From positions 1,950,001 to 1,982,000 of the forward strand of contig NC_007614.1 in NCBI RefSeq assembly GCF_000196355.1: 32,000 nucleotides of DNA, in the 5' to 3' direction. Shown here piece after piece: positions 9,441 through 18,184 of this stretch. Source of the stretch: Nitrosospira multiformis ATCC 25196 (GTDB lineage: Bacteria > Pseudomonadota > Gammaproteobacteria > Burkholderiales > Nitrosomonadaceae). The notes under the pieces are model-generated. The model saw only the letters and a list, made by a program, of their open reading frames with translations. It did no database searches and was not told the origin of the DNA. The translations under genes and the position numbers were made by a program. The first letter of the stretch is position 1; each line of letters opens with the position of its first letter.

Positions 9441-9878
9441 ATGAATAAAGTTCGCAAAACCCCTTTCGCCCCCCCCGCATGGACAGTTGCGCTGCTGGCT
9501 GTCCTGGCTTTAAGCGGCACCACAGCTAACGCCACAGACATTACCGTGCACCTGACCGGCGATCAGGAAGTGCCCCCGGTCAAGACTTCCGCAATGGGCC
9601 ACGGCACCCTAACTGTAGAGGATGACAAATCCATCAAGGGCAAAGTCATGACCTCCGATATAAAAGGTACGGGTGCGCATGTCCATGAGGCCCAGGTTGG
9701 CAAGAATGGCCCCGATATCATTACGCTCAACAAAACTTCCGATAACGAATGGTCCATACCGGACGGAGCGAAATTGACAGATGCGCAGTATGACGCCTTC
9801 AAGGCAGGTGGACTTTACATCAACGTTCACAGCGACACCCATAAGAACGGGGAAATACGTGGCCAGCTAAAACGCTGA
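9441..9878 (+). CDS. CHRD domain-containing secreted protein
   Basis: A GGAGG RBS lies 8 nt upstream of ATG 9441. The signal peptide ends in ANA|TD. CHRD-like blocks are LTGDQEVPPV, AHVHEAQVGKNGP and YINVHSDTHKNGEIRGQL. Confidence 0.8.
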   Translation: MNKVRKTPFAPPAWTVALLAVLALSGTTANATDITVHLTGDQEVPPVKTSAMGHGTLTVEDDKSIKGKVMTSDIKGTGAHVHEAQVGKNGPDIITLNKTSDNEWSIPDGAKLTDAQYDAFKAGGLYINVHSDTHKNGEIRGQLKR

Positions 9879-9978
9879 TACAGTATTCCTGTTCCGGAAA
9901 GACCGGACTGGGAGCGGTGCGTTTATCAATGACTGCCGGTATCCCAGTCCCGGTAGCCCAAAAACCGGACTCATCTTC

Positions 9979-10242
9979 ATGCCAAAATACCGTTTGCAGA
10001 AAGAACCGGATGGACCGGGCCGGCGGGACAAACCCGATGGCCCCAAGCCAGCTCCTGCACCCGAGCCGGAGCCTTCCCCTGACCGCCCCATTCAGGACCC
10101 GCCTCGTCCCATCGACCCCGATAAGCCAAGACGAGACCCGGAACCCTTTAATCCCGACAAACCTGTCGATCCTCGCCCCTACGATCCTGATCCCACCCCG
10201 GGCGATCCTATCATCGATCCGGCGGACGAGCCCCTGCTTTGA
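9979..10242 (+). CDS. Hypothetical Pro/Asp-rich 87-aa protein (predicted disordered)
   Basis: The ORF has a consistent D/E-P-x-P periodicity in this frame only and is co-directional with its neighbours. It has no clear RBS, signal peptide or TM segment. Confidence 0.35.
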   Translation: MPKYRLQKEPDGPGRRDKPDGPKPAPAPEPEPSPDRPIQDPPRPIDPDKPRRDPEPFNPDKPVDPRPYDPDPTPGDPIIDPADEPLL

Positions 10243-10545
10243 TTATGAGCAGGGTTCTTCACTTCTCGCGTGCGTTCAGCAGGAGCAGCTGGCAGAGTTA
10301 AGTTTACCCCTTCATTTAGCGGCTCCACGCAACGCAATCATGAAGCAACTCATGCAACCAGGAAAGTACTGAGCGAACTCCAATCAGACAGTGGGAAAAA
10401 AGCCATGTCCCATTATGACGAGAACAAGGACGATACAGCCGGCCACGGCCCTCTGGGCAAGATCGGTGACCACCAGCTAAGCAGTGCCGCCATCCAGACA
10501 CAATGTCAGAGCGAGCATGACCGGGAAATCCCGGAAGTGGATCTC

Positions 10546-11613
10546 ATGTCCCCGCTTACCCTTCGCGGCGTTACTTTCCGCAACCGCATCGCAATGTCTC
10601 CCATGTGCATGTATTCCGCCGAGGATGGTTTTGCCAACGACTTCCATCTCGTCCACCTGGGTAGCCGGGCAATCGGCGGCTTAGGGCTTGTGGTGGTCGA
10701 AGCCACTGCAGTCACGGCTGAGGGCCGTATTTCACCGGGAGACATGGGGATCTGGAAAGATGAACATATCGAGCCGTTGGCTCGCATTGCGCGGTTTGTG
10801 GAGATGCAGGGCGCGATTCCAGGCATCCAACTCGCACACGCCGGACGTAAAGCCAGTTGCGATGCTCCCTGGAAAGGCGGCGGCAGCCTGAAAACGCCGG
10901 CAGAAGGAGGCTGGTCAGTGATTGGGCCCAGTCCCCTGCCGTTTTACGCTGATGATCCCGTCCCAACACCCATGTCGGAAACTGATATCGAGGAATGTAT
11001 CGAGGCATGGGAAGCAGCCGCTCGACGTGCGCTGAACGCCGGCTTCAAAATGATAGAACTTCACGCGGCCCATGGTTACCTCATGCACGAATTTCTATCG
11101 CCGTTAAGCAACCATCGTACTGATAGTTATGGCGGCAGCCTCGCAAATCGTACGCGGCTTTTGCTAAGGGTTGCCAAGGACCTTCGCGATATTATCCCGT
11201 CCGAACTGCCTTTCTTCGTGCGAATCTCGGCAACCGACTGGGTCGAGGGAGGCTGGGATATGGAACAATCGATTATTCTCTGCAGAGAGCTGAAGCTGCT
11301 CGGGGTGGATCTGATCGATGTCTCCTCCGGCGGCGTGATACCGGATGCAAGAATTCCTGTTGCCAAAGGCTATCAGGTTCAATTTGCCCAACGCATCCGC
11401 GATGAAGCGCAAATCCGCACAGGCGGAGTGGGACTCATCACCGACACGCAATACGCCGATGAGATCATCACCGGCGGTCAGGCAGATCTCGTTTTTATAG
11501 GCCGAGAGTTACTGCGGGAGCCTTACTGGGCCCTCAAGGCGCAACATGCGTTAGCGATAGAACCAGAATGGCCGATCCAGTATGGCTATGCTGTCAAGCG
11601 CCGTGCAAAATAG
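10546..11613 (+). CDS. NADH:flavin oxidoreductase, Old Yellow Enzyme family (YqjM/NamA-like)
   Basis: The conserved N-terminus is MSPLTLRGVTFRNRIAMSPMCMY. The hallmark block is HAAHGYLMHEFLSPLSNHRTDSYGGSLANR. The start was chosen at ATG 10546; ATG 10405 is an alternative, and the track start at 10270 is unlikely. Confidence 0.85.
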   Translation: MSPLTLRGVTFRNRIAMSPMCMYSAEDGFANDFHLVHLGSRAIGGLGLVVVEATAVTAEGRISPGDMGIWKDEHIEPLARIARFVEMQGAIPGIQLAHAGRKASCDAPWKGGGSLKTPAEGGWSVIGPSPLPFYADDPVPTPMSETDIEECIEAWEAAARRALNAGFKMIELHAAHGYLMHEFLSPLSNHRTDSYGGSLANRTRLLLRVAKDLRDIIPSELPFFVRISATDWVEGGWDMEQSIILCRELKLLGVDLIDVSSGGVIPDARIPVAKGYQVQFAQRIRDEAQIRTGGVGLITDTQYADEIITGGQADLVFIGRELLREPYWALKAQHALAIEPEWPIQYGYAVKRRAK

Positions 11614-11694
11614 CCATGGCAGTTTAATTGCAATCCTGCTGCCGTGGGATAAAGAGAAGGAGTCGCCGGTATGCGCTGAATTGAGCATTCGGCC

Positions 11695-13008
11695 TCAGCG
11701 TTCCGTTATCCCTTCGCGACTCTTGTCGACTTGAGCAGTTGTCACCAGACTGGCGCGATTGCCCCACGCGTTGCGGATATACGACAGAACCAGCGCAACC
11801 TCGCCATCGCGTAAAACCTGTGCGAATGGGGGCATGCCGTAGGGGCGGGAATTGCCTGCAGTGGACGGGGGATAACCTCCATTGAGCACGCTGCGAATGA
11901 CATTCGTAGGGGGTGTAAGGGTAACGCTTCGGTTACCGGCCAAGGGGGGGTAAATTCCCGGGGCGCCCTGCCCCGAGTCGCCATGGCAATCCTGGCAGTG
12001 TTCCTTGTATATCCGTGCCCCGTACCGCAACCAGGCCTGCACCTGTTCCGTCTGTGCGGGAGAATTTACCTGTTGGTGCGATTGTGTTTCAGGCAGTGAT
12101 TTGAGGTAGATCGCCATTGCCCGGGCATCCTCTTTTGTCAGATGCTGGAGGCTCTGACTGACAACTTCGGCCATCGGTCCTGACGTCGTCGCCCTGGGTG
12201 AAATCCCGGTGGTCAGCAGTTGGACAATTTCTTCGACCGGCCAGCCAGCCGTACTTGCCTCCAGACTCGAAGTCAGCGATGGCGCGTACCAGTTGGAGCC
12301 CATGATCTGCCCACCTCCCAGCTTATCATCTCCCTTGCGGCCAATCATGCCACCCAGTGGATTCCGCTCGGCATGGCAGGCGCTGCAATGACCAAGCCCC
12401 TGCACCAGGTAAGCACCCCGGTTCCACTCAGTGCTTTTGGCGGGATCAGCCTGATACACGCCCGGCTTGAAATAAGCGGCACGCCAAAGAGTCAGCAATG
12501 GCTGGAAATCGTATCGGGAAGCAACCTGGCTTGGCGGATTCTGTTGAACGACGGGTTCGAGGGCTTGAAGATGGGCAAAAATCGCATCGGAATCCTCGCG
12601 CGTGACTTTCGTATATTCGGTATACGGAAACGCGGGATACAGAAGCCTCCCATCGCGCGATTTACCCTCGTGCAGCGCTTTCCAGAAATCGTCTTCATCC
12701 CAGTCACCGATTCCGGTTGCCTTATCCGGCGTGATATTGGATGTAACGAACGTGCCAAATGGAGTCGAAAGCTTCCTGCCGCCGGCATAGGCGCCTCCAC
12801 CTTGAGCTGTATGGCATCCTATGCAATTTCCGGCTCGTGCAAGATATGCTCCGCGCGCTCGCCGCTGTTGCAAAAGAACCGATGATAACGGCGTAGCATT
12901 CTTTTCTGCCTTTGCTTCCTTTTTCGGAGAAGGTGCGCCAACTATTTCAGGAGATAGGCCGATACCCGCAAGAACTGCCACTGCGGCAGCGATGACAGCA
13001 ATTTTCAT
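11695..13008 (-). CDS. Trihaem c-type cytochrome (resembles cytochrome subunits of membrane dehydrogenases)
   Basis: A signal peptide is present. There are three CxxCH motifs: CIGCH, CSACH and CQDCH. Confidence 0.85.
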   Translation of the reverse strand: MKIAVIAAAVAVLAGIGLSPEIVGAPSPKKEAKAEKNATPLSSVLLQQRRARGAYLARAGNCIGCHTAQGGGAYAGGRKLSTPFGTFVTSNITPDKATGIGDWDEDDFWKALHEGKSRDGRLLYPAFPYTEYTKVTREDSDAIFAHLQALEPVVQQNPPSQVASRYDFQPLLTLWRAAYFKPGVYQADPAKSTEWNRGAYLVQGLGHCSACHAERNPLGGMIGRKGDDKLGGGQIMGSNWYAPSLTSSLEASTAGWPVEEIVQLLTTGISPRATTSGPMAEVVSQSLQHLTKEDARAMAIYLKSLPETQSHQQVNSPAQTEQVQAWLRYGARIYKEHCQDCHGDSGQGAPGIYPPLAGNRSVTLTPPTNVIRSVLNGGYPPSTAGNSRPYGMPPFAQVLRDGEVALVLSYIRNAWGNRASLVTTAQVDKSREGITER

Positions 13009-13766
13009 CGGTCTGCGCTCCCCTGGACAATACTTCCGCAGCGCTGCGCCATCTCCGGGGACAGCACATTTGCCGGACCTGCATTTTCAGGCACAGGCTG
13101 AGCGGCAAGCCACGCCGCTACGACATTCGTCTCCTTGATCGTGAGTTGTCTGGCGATATCGGACATGCAGTTACTCGCTTGTCCTCTCATCACTCCACCG
13201 TTCTTCCAGGCACCGAATTGGGCGGCGATATAGATGCGCGGAAGCCCCAGGAGTCCCGGAATAAAAGGCGCGGTGCCCATGAGCTGCTTGCCGTGGCATT
13301 CAATGCACGCGGGTATATCCCGCGTGGCATCCCCCTGCTGAATCAGCTGCTGGGCCTGTCTTATTTCAGTGGGAGAAGATATCACCTGTTCCGGCGGAGG
13401 GTAAGGTTGTCTGAGTGCTGAAAAATACGCTGCCATTTCCCGCAGGTATTCATCGCTCACGTTCGCCAACAGTAATGTCATTGGCCGGTAATAGCGGCGT
13501 CCGTCTCGGAAATCCCGCAACTGATTGAAAAGATATCCCTCCGGCTTACCTGCAATTCGAGGGTAATAGGCATCCCTGCCCACCCTGTCTGCCTGGCCAT
13601 GACACACTGTGCAGGGCTTGACCCGCTCAGCCATCGTATCCGGCACGGTCACCGGCATGACCGGTGTAGTCCTGCTCGATGCGATTCCGTCCGAGGCGGC
13701 AGCCAGGGCACTTGATACACCTGATACGGCAGCAGCAATGAATAGAAGTGAAATAAATTGACGCAT
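13005..13766 (-). CDS. Dihaem c-type cytochrome (c4-like)
   Basis: A signal peptide is present. There are two CxxCH motifs, CTVCH and CIECH. The stop overlaps the downstream cytochrome start (4-nt overlap at 13005-13008). Confidence 0.85.
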   Translation of the reverse strand: MRQFISLLFIAAAVSGVSSALAAASDGIASSRTTPVMPVTVPDTMAERVKPCTVCHGQADRVGRDAYYPRIAGKPEGYLFNQLRDFRDGRRYYRPMTLLLANVSDEYLREMAAYFSALRQPYPPPEQVISSPTEIRQAQQLIQQGDATRDIPACIECHGKQLMGTAPFIPGLLGLPRIYIAAQFGAWKNGGVMRGQASNCMSDIARQLTIKETNVVAAWLAAQPVPENAGPANVLSPEMAQRCGSIVQGSADR

Positions 13767-14040
13767 GAGGATTGATGAATTACTGGATGCTGGCAGAAAA
13801 TTTCCCTGATGCAGCTGTGCCAGGCTTCCATGCTGTTCAGGAAGGCTATTCAGGAACCAGACAGAGCCTCCCTCGCGCCCGCGAAGGAGTTGTTCAGTAA
13901 TCCTTAAGTTTCACCCAGAAGGGGGGTCCCGGTCAACCGGAGTTGGTTCAATAGGCATTGGAGAGCACGAGCGGCGAATGTCGGTTGTTCTGCTAGACTT
14001 CAGGATGAATAGCGTGTATTCCGCACACTCGGAGGGGAAT

Positions 14041-15411
14041 ATGTTGCTCGGGTCAAATATACTGGAAGTGGGAATCGCTGTCATTTTCGTCTATTTACTG
14101 CTCAGTCTCGTATGTACAGCCCTTAATGAAGGAATTGCGTCATTGATCGACAAACGCGGCAACCTGGTGGAGGGCATAAAGAATCTTCTGAACGACCCGA
14201 AGTTTACCGGGCTGGCGCAGCAACTCTACAATCATGGACTGATAGGCGGAATATCCCAGTACGCTTCCGATCCGTCAAAACGGACTCGCCTTCCCTCCTA
14301 TATGTCCGGCGAAAGCTTCTCTCTGGCTTTGCTCGACATCCTCTCGGCGCGGGGGATCATCGCAGGAAAGTATGGCGATCTTCTGGCGAATGCCGAGGCG
14401 GCGGATGACGCTTATGAAGAAGCCCTGGAAGCAGCGGCAGTTACGCCCGGTGATCCACAACGCGTTGCAGCCGTTACCCAGGCAAAAGATGCGCTTGACA
14501 GGGCAAGGGTAGCGCTCGAAGCAATTGCCGAAAAAGCAAAGGTGGCCTATGGCCAGGCTGTACAAGCGGCAAAGACCGCACCCGACGATATGGCTCTTGT
14601 CAAAGCAGAAGCAGAGGCCCGGCACGAAATCGATAGTATCAGCGCAGCGCTGAAGATGCTCGATGCGCGCCATGCTGCCATCGCGTCCGCAAAAAATCCA
14701 AAAGAGGTTAAATTGCTCCTGACAGCTGACGCCACATTGAAGGAAGCCTTGGCTTTCGCGCGGGACTTTGCTACGGAATATCCGGATCCTCTGGGCAACA
14801 TACAGGAAGGACTGAAAAGGCTACCCGAGGGCCATACCAAGGAAACCCTTCTCGTTCTTGTCGATAAGACCCGGCGGGAAGTGACTGCGATCGAGCATCA
14901 GGCAGAAGCCTTCCGCAAAAATCTCGAAGACTGGTTCAACAAAACCATGGAACGCGTTGGTGGCTGGTACAAGCGCTGGACACAGCGCGTACTGCTTTGT
15001 CTCGCGACTCTGGTCGTGGTTGCTTCCAATGCGGACACGGTGATGCTCATTGAAAGACTTTCAAAGGACAATGTTCTGCGCGCATCGATTGTTGCAGCTG
15101 CGGAGGATACAGTGAAGACTCAGGCGGATGCTGTTTCGGCAGATACAGCTCTCAAGGCGGCAGAGAATCTCAAATTGCCGGTAGGGTGGTCGCTGGACCC
15201 GTATGACTCCGGTTATTTTCGACCTCCCGAGTTATCGTGGAAATATACGGGGTGGGCATTTTACAAGATATTCGGCCTGCTCATTTCCATACTTGCTGTC
15301 ACGCTGGGAGCTCCCTTCTGGTTCGATACATTGAGCAAATTCGTCAATCTGCGCAGCGCGGGGACGCCGCCCGGCGAAAGCAGTAAAAGTGCGCCCCAGT
15401 CCGGGCGATAA
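14041..15411 (+). CDS. Conserved-hypothetical membrane protein with three predicted TM helices and a central Ala-rich coiled coil
   Basis: GGAGG lies 5 nt upstream of ATG 14041. TM1 is VGIAVIFVYLLLSLVCTAL. An Ala/Glu/Lys-rich region of ~120 aa follows. TM2 is VLLCLATLVVVASNA and TM3 is IFGLLISILAVTLGAPFWF. No catalytic motif was recognised. Confidence 0.7.
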   Translation: MLLGSNILEVGIAVIFVYLLLSLVCTALNEGIASLIDKRGNLVEGIKNLLNDPKFTGLAQQLYNHGLIGGISQYASDPSKRTRLPSYMSGESFSLALLDILSARGIIAGKYGDLLANAEAADDAYEEALEAAAVTPGDPQRVAAVTQAKDALDRARVALEAIAEKAKVAYGQAVQAAKTAPDDMALVKAEAEARHEIDSISAALKMLDARHAAIASAKNPKEVKLLLTADATLKEALAFARDFATEYPDPLGNIQEGLKRLPEGHTKETLLVLVDKTRREVTAIEHQAEAFRKNLEDWFNKTMERVGGWYKRWTQRVLLCLATLVVVASNADTVMLIERLSKDNVLRASIVAAAEDTVKTQADAVSADTALKAAENLKLPVGWSLDPYDSGYFRPPELSWKYTGWAFYKIFGLLISILAVTLGAPFWFDTLSKFVNLRSAGTPPGESSKSAPQSGR

Positions 15412-15468
15412 CGCTGGAAGGAAGCTCGCTTCCACGAATTCAACGGCAACGAGCCAGCCAAAAAGGTT

Positions 15469-15508
15469 TTTCTGTGAATATCTTAATTTTTCTGTGAATA
15501 TCTTAATT
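15469..15508 (+). repeat. Perfect 20-bp tandem duplication spanning the ATP-grasp gene start
   Basis: TTTCTGTGAATATCTTAATT occurs twice head to tail (15469-15488 and 15489-15508). Each copy carries a GTG (15474 and 15494). Confidence 0.95.
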
Positions 15509-16993
15509 ATCGTAGACAAATCCGGGGATTGGCCTCTTCAAATTCCAGGCGTGACCGTGGTTGAGGCCCGAGCCTACCTGACCGATCCATCTTTTGCCGT
15601 TCAGGCGGAAAACAATCGCGGCACGAGTGCTACAGGGCAGTCTCTCAAGGTTTTCAACCTTTGTAAATCGTACCGCTATCAAGGATCGGGATATTACGTT
15701 TCATTGCTTGCCGAGGCCCGAGGACATAAACCGGTACCCAAAGTAGGTGCTATTGAGGATTTGCATTCCCGGAATTTGGTGCGCCACTTCATGGAGGAAC
15801 TGGAGGATCTTGTTCAGAGTGTGCTGGCGCCCTTGCCGGGAGACGACTTCCAGCTTGCCTTCTATTTTGGCCGCACTCCGCTTACCGGTTATGATTCCCT
15901 GGGTCATCAGTTCTTCAACCTGTTGCAGGTGCCACTCCTGGCCGTCCGCTTCGAACGCCACCGCCACCGGTGGAGCTTGCGCAGCGCTCGGCCCCTGGGC
16001 GCCGGCGAGATTCCTGTCGAACACCGGGACTTCGCGATACTTGCTGCGACCACTTATTTCAATGAGCGCATGCAGCACCGAAGAAAACCCCCTCCCCGCT
16101 ATGATCTTGCCATTCTCTGCAATCCGGATGAATCTGAGCCGCCCTCCAATGCAAAAGCCCTGCAAAAGTTCAGGAAAGCAGCGGAAAAACTGGACATGCA
16201 CGTGGATTTCATAACGCGGACGGATATCGGCCGGTTGTCGCATTTCGATGCCTTGTTCATTCGCGAAACCACCTTCGTCAATCACTACACCTATCGTTTT
16301 TCGCGGCTTGCATCCGCGGAAAAATTGGCACTGATCGACGACCCCAACTCTATCCTCAAATGCAACAACAAGGTTTACCTGGCTGAACTTCTCGCCCTGC
16401 ATAAAGTGCCGATACCGAAAACGCTGTTGATCCATCATGATAATGTCGGCCGGATTATTCCTGAACTGGGTCTTCCGTGCGTACTGAAGCAACCCGATAG
16501 CTCATTTTCACGAGGAGTCGTGAAAGTGGAGACCGAGAGCGAGCTGATTCCCAAAGTAACCGAACTGCTTGCAAAATCCGTGCTCGTCATTGCACAACAA
16601 TGGCTGCCGACCGAGTTCGACTGGCGGGTAGGCATACTCGACCGGAAGGTGCTGTTTGTAGCTCAATACTTCTTTCCCCCGGGGCATTGGCAGATTATCG
16701 AGCGAGACGCGCAGCGGCATAAACTAAGAGAGGGGGCTACATCGGCTGTTCCACTGGATGAAGCGCCGCAAGAGGTCATCAGTATCGCACTCGAATCAGC
16801 CAACCTCATCGGGGATGGGTTCTACGGAGTGGATATCAAGCAGACGAACGACTGCTGTTATGTAATGGAAGTCAACGATAACCCGAATGTGGATGCCGGC
16901 AACGAAGACGCAGTGCTCGGCGATGCGCTCTACGAGGAAATCATGCGGGTTTTTTTGAGGCGGATTGAAGCCGGCATGCGCTCATCCCACTGA
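15494..16993 (+). CDS. RimK-like ATP-grasp ligase with an N-terminal RimK-like ATP-grasp N-terminal (RLAN-type) domain
   Basis: The N-terminus VNILIIVDKSGDWPLQIPGVTVVEARAYLTDP matches the usual start of this subfamily as I recall it. The ATP-grasp core includes PCVLKQPDSSFSRGV, DWRVGILDRKVLFV and YVMEVNDNPNVD. GTG 15494 is in frame, and there is no in-frame ATG nearby. Confidence 0.85.
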   Translation: MNILIIVDKSGDWPLQIPGVTVVEARAYLTDPSFAVQAENNRGTSATGQSLKVFNLCKSYRYQGSGYYVSLLAEARGHKPVPKVGAIEDLHSRNLVRHFMEELEDLVQSVLAPLPGDDFQLAFYFGRTPLTGYDSLGHQFFNLLQVPLLAVRFERHRHRWSLRSARPLGAGEIPVEHRDFAILAATTYFNERMQHRRKPPPRYDLAILCNPDESEPPSNAKALQKFRKAAEKLDMHVDFITRTDIGRLSHFDALFIRETTFVNHYTYRFSRLASAEKLALIDDPNSILKCNNKVYLAELLALHKVPIPKTLLIHHDNVGRIIPELGLPCVLKQPDSSFSRGVVKVETESELIPKVTELLAKSVLVIAQQWLPTEFDWRVGILDRKVLFVAQYFFPPGHWQIIERDAQRHKLREGATSAVPLDEAPQEVISIALESANLIGDGFYGVDIKQTNDCCYVMEVNDNPNVDAGNEDAVLGDALYEEIMRVFLRRIEAGMRSSH

Positions 16994-17092
16994 TCTGCAA
17001 TCAAGCATTTGGCAATGCCCTCTCTATCGGGCAGCCTAGCTGAATCCGTTAGGGGGTCTTGTAAACAGGAACTCTGACCAGCACCTGCGGCA

Positions 17093-18073
17093 CTATGCCA
17101 GCTTCGTGCGATCATGGGGCTCATCGAGATTCAGGATCGGGCCCACCGGCACAATGCGATTCGGATTGATGGTGGGATGACTGCGGTAATAGTGCTCCTT
17201 GATGTGCTGCATGTTCACAGTCTCTGCCACACCCGGCCATTGATACAACTCCCGTGTGTAGGCCCAGAGATTGGGATAATCCACGAGACGCCTGAGGTTG
17301 CACTTGAAATGGCCGTGATAGACCGGATCAAAGCGGATCAGCGTGGTGAATATCCGCCAATCGGCTTCAGTGATACAGTTGCCGATGAGATAACGCTGAC
17401 GTGAAAGCAGTTGTTCCAGCTCGTCCATGCATCTGAACAGCACCATCACCGCCTTCTCATATACCGATTGCCTAGTGGCAAAACCTGCCTTGTAAACGCC
17501 ATTATTGACGTCAGCGTAAATGCGCGCATTGATCTCGGCGATCTGTGGAAGCAATACCTCAGGCGCATAATTCCCGGGCAAAGCGCCTATTCCATCGAAA
17601 GCCGAGTTCATCATGCGGATGATATCGGCCGATTCATTGCTGACAATGGTATTCCGCTGCAAATCCCAGAGCACGGGTACTGTCACGCGTCCACTATAGT
17701 CAGGCACCGACCGGAGGTAGACTTCATAAAGATAGGATGCGCCACCCACGGGATCAGGTATTACTCCCGGCGCCTCATCAAAAGTCCAGCCATGCTCGCC
17801 CATGTAGGGATGCACCACCGAAACACTGATCATGCTCTCAAGCCCTTTGAGCATCCGAAAAATCAGCGTGCGGGAAGCCCAGGGGCAAGCAAGCGAGACA
17901 TATAGATGATAACGCCCCGCCTCGGCGGGAAACCCGCCTTCGCCGGTGGGCCCCGGACTGCCATCGGCCGTTATCCAGTTGCGGAACTGCGCATTGGTAC
18001 GGATGAACCGGCCGCCGGTCGATCTGGTATCGTACCACTCGTCCACCCACTTGCCTTTAACGAGTAAACCCAT
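17093..18073 (-). CDS. yqjG: Glutathionyl-hydroquinone reductase (Xi-class GST)
   Basis: It aligns by eye along its whole length to E. coli YqjG. Matching blocks are YHLYVSLACPWASRTL, GRVTVPVLWD, IVSNESADIIRM, NNGVYKAGFAT and RFDPVYHGHFKCN. Confidence 0.9.
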   Translation of the reverse strand: MGLLVKGKWVDEWYDTRSTGGRFIRTNAQFRNWITADGSPGPTGEGGFPAEAGRYHLYVSLACPWASRTLIFRMLKGLESMISVSVVHPYMGEHGWTFDEAPGVIPDPVGGASYLYEVYLRSVPDYSGRVTVPVLWDLQRNTIVSNESADIIRMMNSAFDGIGALPGNYAPEVLLPQIAEINARIYADVNNGVYKAGFATRQSVYEKAVMVLFRCMDELEQLLSRQRYLIGNCITEADWRIFTTLIRFDPVYHGHFKCNLRRLVDYPNLWAYTRELYQWPGVAETVNMQHIKEHYYRSHPTINPNRIVPVGPILNLDEPHDRTKLA

Positions 18074-18184
18074 TCTGCAGATCCTTCCTGTTTTGCCGGG
18101 CCCGGACGATCAAATCGGTCGATTACTGATTTTGATCATACGGCTGTTCCCCGATATCCGACAGCCATTTTGATGTTTACCGCC

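Noticed and set aside
10270-10545. 92-codon N-terminal extension of the OYE flavoprotein ORF
   Set aside because: The conserved OYE core starts at MSPLTLRGV (10546). The extension is low-complexity and unlike the family. ATG 10405 cannot be fully excluded as an alternative start.
11614-11694. Imperfect hairpin CCATGGCAG...CTGCCGTGG between the convergent OYE and cytochrome genes, considered as a bidirectional terminator
   Set aside because: The stem has a mismatch, the loop is 13 nt long and no U-tract follows on either strand, so I did not call it.
12220-12885. 221-aa ORF antisense to the trihaem cytochrome gene
   Set aside because: The minus-strand product has three CxxCH motifs and a signal peptide, so the plus-strand ORF is a shadow.
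15389-15493. Upstream extension of the ATP-grasp ORF (track start GTG 15389), overlapping the membrane-protein gene
   Set aside because: The extension has no homology-like character and overlaps the preceding gene's 3' end. The family N-terminus begins at VNILIIVDK (GTG 15494).
15701-16492. 263-aa ORF antisense to the ATP-grasp gene
   Set aside because: It lies entirely within a well-supported gene on the other strand and has no motifs or RBS.
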